The translations under genes were made by a program, and so were the position numbers. A stretch of 63,882 nt of DNA, counting the filler, from Collodictyon triciliatum (lineage: Eukaryota), in the NCBI GenBank assembly GCA_043381765.1. It is 4 parts of 4 records of this genome, joined end to end, with 100 filler letters (N's around TTAATTAATTAA, not from the genome) between each part and the next. Parts side by side here need not be neighbours in the genome. Positions count along the whole stretch, not along the records: positions 1 to 30,792 come from JBHJMP010000933.1; positions 30,893 to 46,739 come from JBHJMP010000934.1; 2 more parts are not named here. The stretch is one strand, 5' to 3'. This document shows, in pieces, positions 13,968 through 30,924 of the stretch (positions are counted from its first letter, which is position 1; every line of letters starts with the position of its first letter). The notes under the pieces were generated by a model that was not told the origin of the DNA, made no database searches, and was given only the letters and a program-made list of their open reading frames with translations.

Positions 13968-16869
13968 ATTTACTTAATTATTTACTATGTTTTAAATAGA
14001 TGTTTCAAAATATAAAATATTCGTCGCCATATTAAGAGTGGTAGCAACTAAGGCATGGAAATGAGGCTAGATATGTTTGAGATATTGCACAGTTTCCAAT
14101 CTTAGAAGATTTTAGCATATAAAGTTATAGATTATGGATAATAAACCTGTGAAAAGAATCGATCGGACGGATTTGTCATAAAGTAAAGATACTTTTTTAC
14201 TGGTTTCCATTCGAACCAGACTGGTTTCTTAGCAAGAACGCGAAAGGGGGGTAGAACCTATTTTAAAGGGGATATTATAAATAGTTTTAGTACGATAAAT
14301 GCTCCATATTTTTATTGACCCAGAAACTTGCGGAAATGAGAAATATTTATAGATTGAAGAGGACATTCCGATTCAATAGCAAGAGATTACCCGAGAAAGT
14401 CTTCCCTTCGATTTTGCATCGTTGGAAATGCGAATCATTTGTGAAGTTTGATAAATAGATATCGTTTCTTTATCTTGAATGTACATGAAGTGATTTTGGT
14501 CTAGAAACTGAATTGTTTGAAGAACGAGATAAATTGATAGATTTCTTTTACAGGGACTATAGAAAATCTGAACAAAAACCATGGTCATCGAAAACGGCAT
14601 AAATAGTATCATATTTTTATGAGGGGGGAATAAGTATGTGCAAGAATTACGTCGATTCGTTGCAGCTCAGGTGTTTGTTTGGTCGTCATCAATCGAACAC
14701 TTTTGTTTTTTACATCCACAACACCAGACTCGAAGAAATCTGTTCATAGGGCAGAAGTTTGTAGACATCACAAATAATTGTCCCTTGCATTACACACAGA
14801 TAATATTAACTTATTTGGATATGCAATCACCTGATCTGTTTCCATCTCCATTGGACCGGCTGACAATAGTGAAGGCTATATATAAATGTAGGCGATTTAC
14901 GTCATCGTATTTTTTTTTCACCAGGGGTTGCCCATCACGATATCAATGTTATTGTTACAGAAGTATCATTAGAGCACACAGTCACATAAAGCAAACCTAG
15001 CAGCGAATTTTCCGGACTTAAACTAACTGATGATATAAACACAACACTATCGAAATGATACAGGGTGTCGTATTCTCTCTCCTCTGGGTAGAAAATGCAT
15101 AAGTCGGTGGTCACTCTTCCGGACTATCGGACGATGCAAAAAATTATATAAAAAATAATCAATAGGCGACTTTTCAAAAATCTATCAACAAACGAACTTT
15201 ATGGATTACATCTTGAAGACCTGCATTTTAAAGAGTAACCAGTTCTTGACTGTTAGAGGGTGTATGAATTCAAAGTAAAAAAAAAAAACCTGATGTTTAA
15301 TATCTCGGGCAAAAATGATTATTCCATCCTTCCTTCGATTCAGGATGGATATTCTCAAGTCTTCATTGATTCCAGAGTCGAAAACCTTTCAAATGGATTA
15401 TCATATAGCGGTAAATATTTGTTTTGTTTTTTCATCTTTTGAAAAGCGAGTACATCTGATCTGGCTGAATGTGCAAAAGTTGCAAAAACTCAAATATCTC
15501 TTACATCTTGCATCTCTTCAGTAAGACCGCTGCTGCTACTTGCAAGAGTATCCTGTGTACCCCTTAATTTCACATCGATTTATCAATTACAAACATTCGT
15601 GCGTCAATTAAGAGGAAAACTAACTCAGAGATAAGCAAGTAGGGAGAGAGAGAGTGAAGGAAATGCTCCCTTAATAAAATAGTTTGAATATAAGAACCTT
15701 TGGCGGGCAAAATTACTCTCTGAAACAGACACTCGCAGAGGTGTCTATTAAATAATTGCCGTTATCATGTATGTGGTCCTTCCATATAGAAGATGAAGAA
15801 ATTTGGTTGCAAACTCTCTTACTTTTTTATCTTCTTTTTGTATTTCATCTCGAGGGAAAATGAAGTAAGGATCATCGCGCCGCAAGAGATTTTGACCGAC
15901 TTTCCAGATAGATGACGTGCTTTGATTCAAAAAGCAAATAGAATCGAAGTATCAGGATTTGTGTTGAAGGTGTTGATAATGCGTTCTGATTTTAATAATA
16001 ATTCTTATTAAAAAAAATTGCCAACCTCGGTGTATCTGACGTGCTGACGCGTCTTCTCATGGTATATTCATGCTCATCCATATCAAAGACAGATTCTCCC
16101 TCATCAAAGTAATGGGAAGGTAGAAAGGCAGACTCGCGACGAGAGCCTAGCAAACAAGGGCAAGTAATAGATATGCTTCATTATATAAAATGATAGATTT
16201 AGCAGTATTTTGAAGCGTAGGCAAACTGGTTCCATAGAATATCAGAAAATAAATGATTAAACTGTTTTCTCAATAAAATTAGGCGTGGCCAGTGTAACAT
16301 CATTTTATTTTAGATAGAATGTATCCTGAAAATTGGAGACATAATAAATCGAAAAAGTGTCAAAATACCATAATTTGGTAATTCGTCGTAGGCATCATAG
16401 TAGACCGTGGCTTGGGATGTTGTCGCTTCACAAGAATTATTTAGAATGAAACCAGTATTGTGAATAGAAACAGAAAAATGAAGAAAAAATAAGCGATTAA
16501 CTGGGAGGAAAACAATCGCTGACCAAGCTGCCACTTACACAAGAGTGAATCCCTCCTCGATCTAGACCCTGACCCAAATGACGTTCTTCTACTACCATTG
16601 CGGCTGAAGCGAAAAGAAAAGGGAGTGAAAAAAAGAAACAAAGAAACGAAGAAAAGAAGAAAAGAAAAAGGATAAAGGAAAACAAGAAAAGAAAAGGGAG
16701 TGAAAAAAAAAAGATAAAAGAAAAAGAAAAAGAAAAACACGGGAAGAGATGGGCCAACAAACCTGACCTCTGCCGACGAACGCTCGCGCACATACCAGCC
16801 CATCTCCTCCCGCGGCAACCGCGGAACAATGTCTCTGTGTGCGTTCAACACCGGGCGACAAGAAAGCAT
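8715..16869 (-). CDS. GSAP: Gamma-secretase-activating protein (GSAP/Pigeon) homolog, roughly 30 exons
   Basis: Spliced peptides match remembered human GSAP segments in order: LYHFDSVVFISSVSLSPENSLL (cf. LYTFEKDLQVFSCSVNSERTLL), VWFEWKPVKKYLYF (cf. VWAQWDMSEQRLYY), YIPGQYFQLLDC (cf. YLPGHFFHLLNV), EFQRQYALLAVSCLPITQLYQYIRRGII (cf. GFHTLHTILGVQCLPLHNLLHCIDSGV), REFIPL (cf. EFLPL). ATG at 16869, TAA at 8717-8715. Confidence 0.8.
13735..13966. repeat. (GATT/GGTT)n intronic microsatellite
   Basis: Seen directly. Confidence 0.95.
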
Positions 16870-16975
16870 CTGCACAAAAAACTCTAACGAGCGCACACAG
16901 AACCAAAACACAGGAAGGAGAGAAAAAAAGAAAAAAAAGAAAATAAGAAGCAATTGAAAGTGACGATAAAATGAT

Positions 16976-17109
<134 letters not shown>

Positions 17110-17306
17110 ATATATTGTATTGCGAACGCCAAGCAAAGCAGACGACTCCGCTGACAGATTGATCGGAACAGCAAACTTATCACCACTCATAATAAACAAA
17201 ACAAAAAAAATCGTACAAAAAACACAAAAAAAAGGAGTCTTCCTCCTTCCTTTCCTAATCGTTTATTCACAGCAAGAACACAAGCCCCCCAGCCCAACAC
17301 GCCACC

Positions 17307-18184
17307 ATGCAGCCGCAACAACCGCCCATCCTCAACCTGCCCGCCTCTCCAACACCGCCTGCTATTCCCTTCCGCTTCAGCGAGTCGGACGACTGGGCTG
17401 CAACAGACGATCTGGACGGCTTCGAAGAAAAGGCCAAGCAAATGACCGTGTTTGCCTTTCGCAAAGTCTTTTTCTTCGCCTCGCTCTGCGGGATGATGTC
17501 TGTGGGTGTGTGGGTAAGGCCAACGTCTCTTTTCCCTTTTCTCTCTTCTTGCCTTCACACACACTCACTCACACACTCACTCACTCACTCACTCAGTCGC
17601 CAAGCCTCCGCCACGACATAGCCTACTGGGGCCTGATTCTGCAGTTTGTCTACTTCTCCCTGGACATCGAGGCGCACATGAACCGCTACTTTCTGCTTCT
17701 GACGCACCCGACAGCCTTCTGCCTCGCAGCCGCACAGACCGTCTTGGGCCTCTACATCGTGACTTATGAGGGCGATCTCTTCCGCACCCGCGCAGACGCC
17801 GATGGGATTGAGCTCTTTGAGTCTGTTGTGCTCCACATCCTGGCCTACTGGGCGCCGCTTGTGCTGCTCGCCTGCGATCTTTACTGGAGCAGACGCTGCC
17901 TCAAGCGCAGATATCTGCTGCATCTCGCGTGGCCGCTGCCCGACAGACGCACACACCTGGCTCTGGGCTGGATTCTGCTTGCTGCTCCGTCTGTTCTTGT
18001 AGTCTGGTGGGTGGCCGAGAATGGGTGGGATGGCGTCTACTACGTGGGCCCGGATGACCAGCCTGCGCTCATCACATATCTCTTCCTCACTTCACTTCTT
18101 GCATCCATCACCTTTGCGTATCTTGTCCGCTTCACATCAGACTTCTTCGCCCACGGTGAGGCGCCCCGTCTTGTGATTCGTTGA
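17307..18184 (+). CDS. Multipass membrane protein (about 6 TM), weak resemblance to the FAR-17a/AIG1 family
   Basis: Two exons, 17307-17513 and 17597-18184, with a phase-0 GTAAGG...CTCAG intron joining two ORFs in frame. GC-rich, with several hydrophobic helices. The family call is weak. Confidence 0.7.
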
Positions 18185-18560
18185 TTGCGCTTTGGTTGGA
18201 AGCAACACAGGGGATTTGTATTCTTTATCTTATAAAGGGCTGTGTGGACAAAAAAGCCATGCCTCCTTTTCGTTCCTTTGTTTGTTTTGTTCAATCTCTT
18301 TCTCTCTCCCTCAATTTTTCTAAGTTATCTGTCCAGTTGTGATTGTGCGGCTGCTTATACACCAATCCTGTCAAGATTGCTACTTGGGTGGTGTGATATG
18401 AGCAAAGTCGCTCGGCAATCAGGGGGTGATTAGCCTGAGTTTTTAATCTTGCATGAGCTTGTTTCCTAGTTCTTTTCTCCGTGCTTCTCTTTCCTTGGGT
18501 TGAGAGGCGAAGCACGAGAGCAGAACGGCTGGATTTTCTCGTGGGGAGCATTCAATGGTA

Positions 18561-21500
18561 TCAAAGACACACTCGAAGGAAGCAGTTCCCGGCCTCTTGC
18601 TTTCTCAGCAAATCCAGCTTCGAGGCGAGTGGACTTGAATGAATGCCCCACGGATTCTTCTCTGGGCAAGTCAGCAGCACCAAACAACAACGGATTTCCA
18701 CCTTCACATGAAAAGAATTCATCATCACGCAAAGTGGGTGGTGAGAAACTGTTTCATTCAAGACAAAATCATTCGCTGTTGTTGCAGACACAACGCCAAC
18801 ATGACCCCCAGCCAACTCGTGCGTTGTACAGTCGTGAAAGTGAAAAAAGGTTTGTTTTGGTTGTCTTTTTTTAAAAAAAAATAAAATAAAATAAAATAAA
18901 AAAGAAAGCCCCACTATTGAAGGTGCGAGGTTATAAAATGTCTTTTCAGAGTCAAATGTACCAGAAAAGAATTCTTTATAAGTCACAAATGCGTGCGGTG
19001 TATCTGCATTTCTTTTCACGGATTCACATATTTGAATATAGCTATTATTAAAGATAAAAAAAAAAGTATACTCAGTAGCAATTGTGTAGTGAATTCAAAC
19101 TATTGGTCGTTCGATTCATCCCTCTGAATTGAAAATAGATATTTCTGCCGCTGGAAAGAGTGCAGAAATTAATTTGGTTGATACTTTCCAAAGTATGAGG
19201 CATTTGATAATGAAGCTAGCCTTTCAGTCAAACTTCCTTGGAATAATAGAGCATCTCCTAAGAGATGAATACAGTCATAAGAATAATAAAAACTTTCACA
19301 TGCACTGATGCATACCCTCAAAGAAAGCACATCATGAAAAGCGTAATATACACAGTGAACATATAAGGTACTATTCACGCACCTGCTTCTGTGCTCTCTC
19401 CATCATCTCCTAAATAATTGGATGCAGCAGGAAGATAAGGATTGAGTATTTGCGTACATATATGATCCATTTAATAAATGCTCCCTTATGAGATATATAA
19501 ATACACAGATATGATCCATAAAAAAAAAAAAAATTAACGAATTACTGGTATAACTCATCATTTGGTGAATATCCCCAGTTCCATACAGTCTTGCCACATG
19601 GTCTGCGACACAAAACAAAATGGGAGGCCCAACATCGAATTTTCAAGGATAGAAACGATTTATGTCAGACAGTACTTTTGCAATAAAAAGAAATTGAAAA
19701 GTTATCAAACCGAGCGTCTTCAATTCAAGATAAAATTCATAAATCGATTGACGAACCGTTTATCATCAACTTGATTGCGGGTGTTGTGATGGTTGTTATG
19801 GCTGAAATCTCATCAATGTCAGCTATCAAGGGGTCAGCATTTTTCTATTTTGAATAAATAGATGTAAATATTTCTAAAGTATGACTGAAATGTAGCAGCT
19901 TCAGTTCTTTAGTAATTTTAATTTTTCTGTAACTGTTATTGTTATTAGTATTGGTATTGGTATTATTTGGCTCTCCAAAGATGTGTTTTTATCTTTATAA
20001 AATCTAAAGAGAAAGCTGCATCTAGCAACTCTGAAACCTTCATCAGCTCCCGAACAATCTCTGAATGTCCAAGTTTGACTGCGTATCTACCGCAAAATGG
20101 AAGCGTTTACAGTTTGCACAATACTTATGAATAATGTTAATACAATTAAAAAAGAAGATAATTTTTAGCTGCACAGGTCATGGTTAAAAAAAATATGAAG
20201 AAAAATAGAAAGACATGCATATTCATGGAAGCAGCCATTGCGTTGATAGGGATAAAACAAGTCAAGAGGAATTTTAGAAAATCAATAACCTCAGAAAATT
20301 AAAAAAGAGTCACGAATGGAAACTAAACTTCACTTACAGAAATGGTGTTCTCCTCTTTTTCAAATCCTGTATATCGACTGTTATATCTTCCCAGCTTAAC
20401 AAGACCCGAACGATACGAATTCGGTCTAGCATCGTGGCGTAATGAAGCGCAGTCAATCCATCGGTGTCGTATAAATTTGGTTTGACCTTGAATTTATGTG
20501 ATTAAATGCCATGATATGGGGAATGAAGAGGCTATTTGTTTGAGACTCTTAAAAATTGCATCTCAGAGGAAAAGTAGATGATATATTTCCTCAATATGCA
20601 TTGTGCAATCTGTTTTAATATAAAAAATATTGCTTGATTGGAGAAAATTACGCTGGCAAGTTTCAAAATCGACACAATTTCGAGGCGATTCTCCTAGATT
20701 AAGGTACTTTGTTAGAGTTTGATTAATATTGCTCGATAAATGAATGAGTGTTTGAGTAAAAGGATGTTCGTCATCTAATAAATAATTATATTCGCTCATA
20801 CTTGGCAGGCAATAATCAACGCAGTGCGGCCGTTATAATCGGTCATATTGATGCTATTATGATAACAAGATTATGATTCACACCCCAAAAATAAAGAGGA
20901 ACGTTATATGAATTTACGGAAATAATCAAGATTAATCAGACAGAATATGCAAATTTTCAATTTGAAAAAATAAGAAAATATGAAGATGAAAGACTAGTGA
21001 TGATAACCAATCGTCCCAATATTGAAGCAACAGTGTAACTGCCTCAGAGTAACCGCCCGCCACTGCCTCATGTAAAGACGTCCAAACTGCTTCTGCCTCG
21101 CCCTTGTATTTATTAAATATTTATTTGTCTGTTTGTTAGTTTTATTTTCTTTATTATTGTTGTTGTTTGTTAATTTGTTAATTTATCCCTGTATTTCATA
21201 TTGCAAAATATTCAATATGAAATCAATTGAAAATAGTCGACTGTAAATTCAAACTCAGTTACAGTTATAAGGAACGGGTTGCAGTATAAGAAATTTTGAA
21301 TCGTATTGAATATGTTATATCTGGATTATTTTCTTTTTAATTGTTTCCTGGTTCAACACCTACAAATACAAGGTACAGAAATATCACTTACTGATGTTGA
21401 TAATGTTGGATGCGCGCCTAATTTTAAAAGGTGCGCAAAAACTTCATAATTTTGCATGCGTAAGGCGAGCATTAATGGCGACACACGCTCCCTGAAACAT

Positions 21501-24500
21501 GGCACGATTGAAATTTGAATTGATTCATGCAACAAAGGAGATGATATATCGGCTTTTACGAAAGAATAAATAGATGGGTGTGAGCGCTGTTATTGGATTA
21601 AAGAAATATAGAAATCATGAAATGTAAATGTTGATGCAACACACTTGTCAAAAATTGTCATGGATGCGCCATGACGAGCCAAGCAACTAATCAAATTCAA
21701 ATTGCCTGATTCGACAGCAAAGTGCATCGGGGTTCTTCCCTAATGTTGTGATTCAAAAAAATGAAGTCAAGCGTACGAAACCAAATTAAAATTATTATTT
21801 TTTACAGAAACAAGAAAAGGCTGTTGAATCTAGACTAAAGGATTAAAAGAAAAACCTGGTAATTTGTGTAATGCGGGTCAAGGTTTTCTCTTTCTATCAA
21901 TTGTTCAGTGACATAGACTGCACCAGCCATGCATGCTGAAAAAAGAATTCCATGCCATATTTCAGGGTCTGAGTGAATATCGATTCCACAGAAGGAGAAA
22001 AGTTTTCCCCCTACATTTTTTGTAGATTTTTTTTTAAAAAAAAAAACCTGATAAATTGAATAGGAAAGAAACAGATGATGAAAGCAGAAGGGAAATTTTC
22101 AGGCTTGCAAAAAAAAAAAAAAAAAAAAAGAGTTTATAGATACCATTGGCGAGCTTTTGTAAACCACCGGGGTCTTTCCTCGGAGATGACGAAACTGGGT
22201 CATTGGGGATGTTTTGACCTCTGAACGACCTTCGTTGGCTCCTGAAGGATGAACGGCGCGGAGATTCGTTCGATTCAACTGCAAAATATTTCATTCATTA
22301 CCAATTTGATACATCAAATGCTCTATAACCTATTACACAAAGTTGCATTAAAGCTTGCCAATATGCAAAATAAAAATAAAAAGCACAGAATGTAACAGTA
22401 TGCAATTATTATGATCTAGATTTTATTGCATCAAATGAGACAGAAATGTGGTAAATATATATACATATATGTGGCATGTATATTAATTCTTTCTTTTCCT
22501 AATTTTTTGACGACTTTTTTGGAGGAATTAGTTGAAAAAAAAAGGGAAATGGAACAAATAAATATGAAAAGGATCGATCAACTGGACAATCAAAAAGTAA
22601 TATACTTAAATTTTGGGATTAAAGTATGAAAACTTGGAAATGTACATTACCTTGTTTATTACTGTCATGAATATCGTCTCTTATCCTCTCGAAATAATGG
22701 AAGATTCCTTTCAAAGCTGCGACTTGACCACCAAATACACAATAATGCTAGGAATATATAATGAGTGAGCTTAAAATGACAGCTAGATACAGTGAGGGAT
22801 ATTCTTTTCTGACTATGCACAGTTGTAGAAAGGGAGCTTTATATGTATGTGTTCTATTTCTTACAACGGGGCTATGCCCATCCTCATCAAATACAGCCAG
22901 GTTTGCGCCGTTGTCCAAAAGTGCAATCACGATATCATAGTGACCTCCTCTGCATGCATAATGTAATGGCGTCCTAGATAGGAATGTATGTTTTAAAATC
23001 GATTGAAAATAAATACATTGATGTACCAAAAGGCTTTATTATCGCCAATCTACAAGTCTCACTAAAATTTCGGCGTGATTTATACATTTAAGATTTTATT
23101 GAAATTGAATGCAAAATTCACATGCCGACAGGGTCCCTGATATTCGGCTCGGCCTGACACTTAAGAAGACGGCAAACAACCTTTTGTACGTTTTTTAAGT
23201 ATCAATAAGATACAGATGTATGTCAAAAAGAAAAATAGGAACAATAAATATGACATATTCCTGAATTTTCTGTAATAAATTGGATACTTTGGTGAAACCG
23301 AGCTTAGCTGCTATCAATAAAGGGTTGAAGCCATCTTGATTCAGTGCATCGACATTCTGACTCTACAAGTATAATATGATTCAAAATTCAGCTTCATCCA
23401 ATCAAATATGGATGATGCAGTATATGAAAACGTAAAACGTTCTACCTTATCACACAAAATCTTGATCATTTCGTAGTTTCCAATCTGAGTTGCCATCATC
23501 AAAGGTGTATTACCATTGAAATCAGGGACATCAGGGTCGATGGATTCACTCGAGAGAAGTGTGCGAACAACGGCTTGAGAATTTAATTCGCCGTACAAAT
23601 CATTATAAAGGCACAAATTTGAAACCAAGATGCAGCTTGATTGGAGCAGATGATACAATTTTTCTATTTCTTTTTTTAAATAAGAAAAACATACATGTAT
23701 GGTCTCTAGAAACAGCAAATGACAAAGGCGTTTGTCCCGTCATGCAGTGTTGATAATTAATGGAACTGGAAAACATTTAAAAATAAAAGATAAATAAACC
23801 AGGCATGATATTATGTTTGGGATCGAAATGAAGGATTAGAGTGTGAAGTGTGGGATATATGTGTATCATCATGAAATGAAGTTCTTATGGATACCTACTT
23901 TACTTTTTTTTTTTCGTTGGTAAATTACTGATGATGATTCGAGAGAATTTTCATAGAATATTAAAGTTGATTTTTTAATGTTTGGAAAAAGGAATATCTT
24001 TACTTTTTGGATAATGGGACTAGAATGCTGACAATGTCTTCGAATCCACGACTACACGCCTCCCCCAGTGCAGTTGTTCCACCACCAAAGTCATCCTCTT
24101 CGCGAGTTTGAAAATATTTAGATGCACTAGTACTTGGTGAAAATATATCTGACACAAAGCAAAAAAATATGAATCGGTTTTATTTACAGCAGAAAATGTA
24201 AGAGAGAAACCTTCAGTATCCATTTTGACATCAGAAACGCAGTCTACATTACAACGACCACTTCTCACGAGCTCCACAACCGTAGAATACCGTCCATTTT
24301 CTGCGGCAACTATATTATTTGTAATAAAAAAAATTTTTGATTAATTTTTTTTGTAAAGTATTAAAAAAGAAAAAAAAACGCATCATAGTATGTATTATTG
24401 TGATGATAATTTCAGTGATGGCTTTCTCCAGAGACCTATAAGTGGTGTGGACTTGTCTGACGCTTGAAGATTGATGTCAGCGCCATATTTTACAAGCAGC

Positions 24501-26785
24501 TTCAAAACTTCTGTATTTCCAGTCGCAGCTGCTATGTATGTCGCCGTGTATCCCTTTTGGAAGAGAAGAAAATCAAAGATGGGTAGGTATACTTCCGAGA
24601 TATCAAAGAATTTTAAGGGAGCGTAGTGTAAATGATTGAGATGACATCATTCAATGAAGAAGAAAAGGGGTGTACATTCTGACTGACGCGGACATCCAAA
24701 TCACATCCACGTTCAACAAGCATAGGAACAACACAATCGATTCCATCCGTTGAACAAACATGTAAGGCATTGTACCCTTCACCGGCAATTAACGGGAGTG
24801 CTTTTAGTAAAAGGGCCATACCATACTTGCTTTATCAAACGCAGTAGGTTGTGACAAGAAAAAGAAATCATTGAAAAATGAATTGAGCCACTAAAAATAA
24901 TGAAATATCTATCTGAACTTCAAATATCACGAGTGCATAATTTCTTCTAGAGTCACTAAAAGAATAAGAGAAAATATTTAAAAAATTAATATGTCATGAA
25001 ATTAGATAGAATGAGATAAAACACCGTCTGCGTCTGCCACGTGTAGGAGAGCTGGGAACCTTGTTATCAAAAAGCTAACAATATCGTATTTTTTATGCTG
25101 TACAGCAATATGTAAAAGGGATTGGCCAGTTTCATCAACCCAGTGCTCGACATTGAAGGATGGAAGAAGCATTTCTGGTGCAGACATTGCTTTTCGCCCA
25201 TCCTAGAAACAAGAAACTGGTTTAAATAAATGAAGTGCATCGATGAAAACATATCATTAAGACGAAAGCATGCGTACATAAGGGAACTGTGATGAAAAAA
25301 TACTGAATACATTATGTACATTTATATTCATCTTTATCCTCCTATTTGAATTGAGTTTAAGGTTTAAAAAAAAACTATGAAAAAATTACCACATCCGATT
25401 CCAATTCATCTTGAAAGGGGAATATTAGGTTAAGCATCAAGAGACCATCGCCATTCATGCAACAGTATTCCACCACTGCATGGTGAACAACAGCACCCTT
25501 CTTGATAAGGTACTAAGGAATAAATTTACGTGAAAAAAAAAAGTGGTGGATTCAACTCTTTTTTATATCGGATATATGGGTTGCATGTATATTTCGATCG
25601 GTTTTCTTACGCGAACACACTCAACATGCTGTTGTTGAACAGCAAGGTACAGAGCCGTATCCCCATGTAAATCAATCGCATTCAAGCAGGCGTTACCAAT
25701 CTCAATCTAAAAGAAATATCAATTCATTTCAATGAAAGGGAAAGGTCTTGTAGCATTTATATATAAAGGAAACAAGAGTAATGGTGCAAATAACAAAAAC
25801 AAAAAAAATATCAATACCAAAAGCTTAATTGAAGCCAAGTCTCCATTTTCGCTTGATTCATGAAGAGATGAGCGGAGACTCGTTGCTTAATGCGTAAAAT
25901 ATGCGAAGCTTCAGAATTTGAATCTTTTACTTAACTCTGACTTTTTCTTTTAAGAGGCTATTCTATTATATGATTCAAGAAATTTAATGAAGAAAAGTGG
26001 AGTAAAGAAAAGAATGGAATACGCTCTGGTCGATCGATGTCGATGATTGGTTTTCGCCCGTCGTGCCCAGAAATAATACCAGACATACATGGCTAAAAAA
26101 TTATGGAGTTAAAGTTTAGAATTCAAGAAAAATACAGGGCTGGGAATCAATACTAAATATCAGTAAAAAAAAAAAAAAGAAAGAAAGAAATTAGACTTTT
26201 TTTAACATTCATTCATTCATTTCTAGTTGTTCTTTTGTAGCAAAAGATGGAGAACATAGGAGATATGTATACAAATAAATTGTGAATATGGTTAAATTTT
26301 AAAAATGTCTTGCCTCTTCCCACCAATAGTTGTTTTCGAGCAGATATTCAAGAATATTGTGACGTGAATTTCTTACGCATATTAAGATGAAAGTACATCC
26401 GTCATCGTCTTCAAATAACCGCTGAGATGCAGGTATCTGCGTGAAATCAATTACAAATGTGTATAAGAATTATGTGAGAAACGAGTCATCCAATGATTTT
26501 GAAACATTACGCCACACTTCACAATCGGTACAATTTATTATTTGAACATAAGAACGACATCGGAAAATTAAGAGAACTTAACTACTGTCTGATTCATCTG
26601 AGAGTGTGAAAGAAAAGTAATAACAGAGTTAAAAGTGGAAAAAAATATATTAATTTGCATACTTTTGATTCAACAATCTTTTTCCTATAGCTTGCCCAAT
26701 ATTTTTCAACGCGTGAAATGGAGTTTGAAAGGATATTGTCGATTATGTTCTTGCGCAACGTAGCGAGAGACATTTCACATGTAAC
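18561..26785 (-). CDS. Multi-exon ankyrin-repeat protein (about 18-20 repeats) with an unassigned C-terminal domain; 5' end not found
   Basis: Exons encode GDTALYLAVQQQHVECVR, GQSLLHIAVQHK, GYNALHVC, GYTATYIAAATGNTEVLKLL, GNTPLMMATQIGNYEM, TPLHYACRGGHYDIV, GRTPMHFAVESGN, WTSLHEAVAGG, GLTALHYATML. The most upstream exon found (26785-26663) starts at a splice acceptor. Confidence 0.85.
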
Positions 26786-27081
26786 CTAAAATTACATATG
26801 GTTTGGTCTATTCAATACTGAAAGCAGTACAAAAAGAGAAAAGAAAAAAAGAAAAGAAAAAAAGGAAAGAAAAAAGGAAAGAAAAAAGGAAAGAAAAAAA
26901 GGAAAGAAAAAAGAAAAAGAAAAAAGGTTTTGAGAGTACTTTTAGCTACGATAAGTATCAAAAATAATTCTAGCATGTATGTAAGTGCAAAATATAATGA
27001 AAATGTCATCAAGGAAATATTCCATCTTTAAGCAATATATAATGATTTTAATATATGTAATTGGGGTTGCTGGTATATTCG

Positions 27082-27596
27082 NNNNNNNNNNNNNNNNNNN
27101 NNNNNNNNNNNNNNNNNNNNNNNNNNNNNNNNNNNNNNNNNNNNNNNNNNNNNNNNNNNNNNNNNNNNNNNNNNNNNNNNNNNNNNNNNNNNNNNNNNNN
27201 NNNNNNNNNNNNNNNNNNNNNNNNNNNNNNNNNNNNNNNNNNNNNNNNNNNNNNNNNNNNNNNNNNNNNNNNNNNNNNNNNNNNNNNNNNNNNNNNNNNN
27301 NNNNNNNNNNNNNNNNNNNNNNNNNNNNNNNNNNNNNNNNNNNNNNNNNNNNNNNNNNNNNNNNNNNNNNNNNNNNNNNNNNNNNNNNNNNNNNNNNNNN
27401 NNNNNNNNNNNNNNNNNNNNNNNNNNNNNNNNNNNNNNNNNNNNNNNNNNNNNNNNNNNNNNNNNNNNNNNNNNNNNNNNNNNNNNNNNNNNNNNNNNNN
27501 NNNNNNNNNNNNNNNNNNNNNNNNNNNNNNNNNNNNNNNNNNNNNNNNNNNNNNNNNNNNNNNNNNNNNNNNNNNNNNNNNNNNNNNNNNNNNNNN
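27082..27596. other. Assembly gap (515 N)
   Basis: N run. Confidence 1.
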
Positions 27597-30735
<3,139 letters not shown>

Positions 30736-30792
30736 CTGAAAAGGTATAAAAGTGTTTTTTTTTTTTTTTTTTTTTTTTTTTGTGGGGGGGGG

Positions 30793-30891
30793 NNNNNNNN
30801 NNNNNNNNNNNNNNNNNNNNNNNNNNNNNNNNNNNNTTAATTAATTAANNNNNNNNNNNNNNNNNNNNNNNNNNNNNNNNNNNNNNNNNNN
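30793..30891. other. Scaffolding spacer N-TTAATTAATTAA-N (true length unknown)
   Basis: The same all-frame-stop spacer occurs three times in the window, so it is artificial. Confidence 0.95.
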
Positions 30892-30924
30892 NTATTTTTC
30901 TCCATAAAATAATTAAGATTTTAT

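Noticed and set aside
18561-19260. SPOC-like domain at the ankyrin protein C-terminus, and a TGA at an exon edge near 19072
   Set aside because: The GVV-bearing segment is probably intronic by splice phase. Splicing here is ambiguous, and canonical alternatives avoid the stop.
26505-26545. CTDCEVW as a second PHD finger
   Set aside because: I could not splice it in frame with neighbouring exons; it is probably intronic chance.
30837-30848. TTAATTAATTAA palindromes (also 46784 and 61770)
   Set aside because: Artificial scaffolding spacers embedded in N runs.
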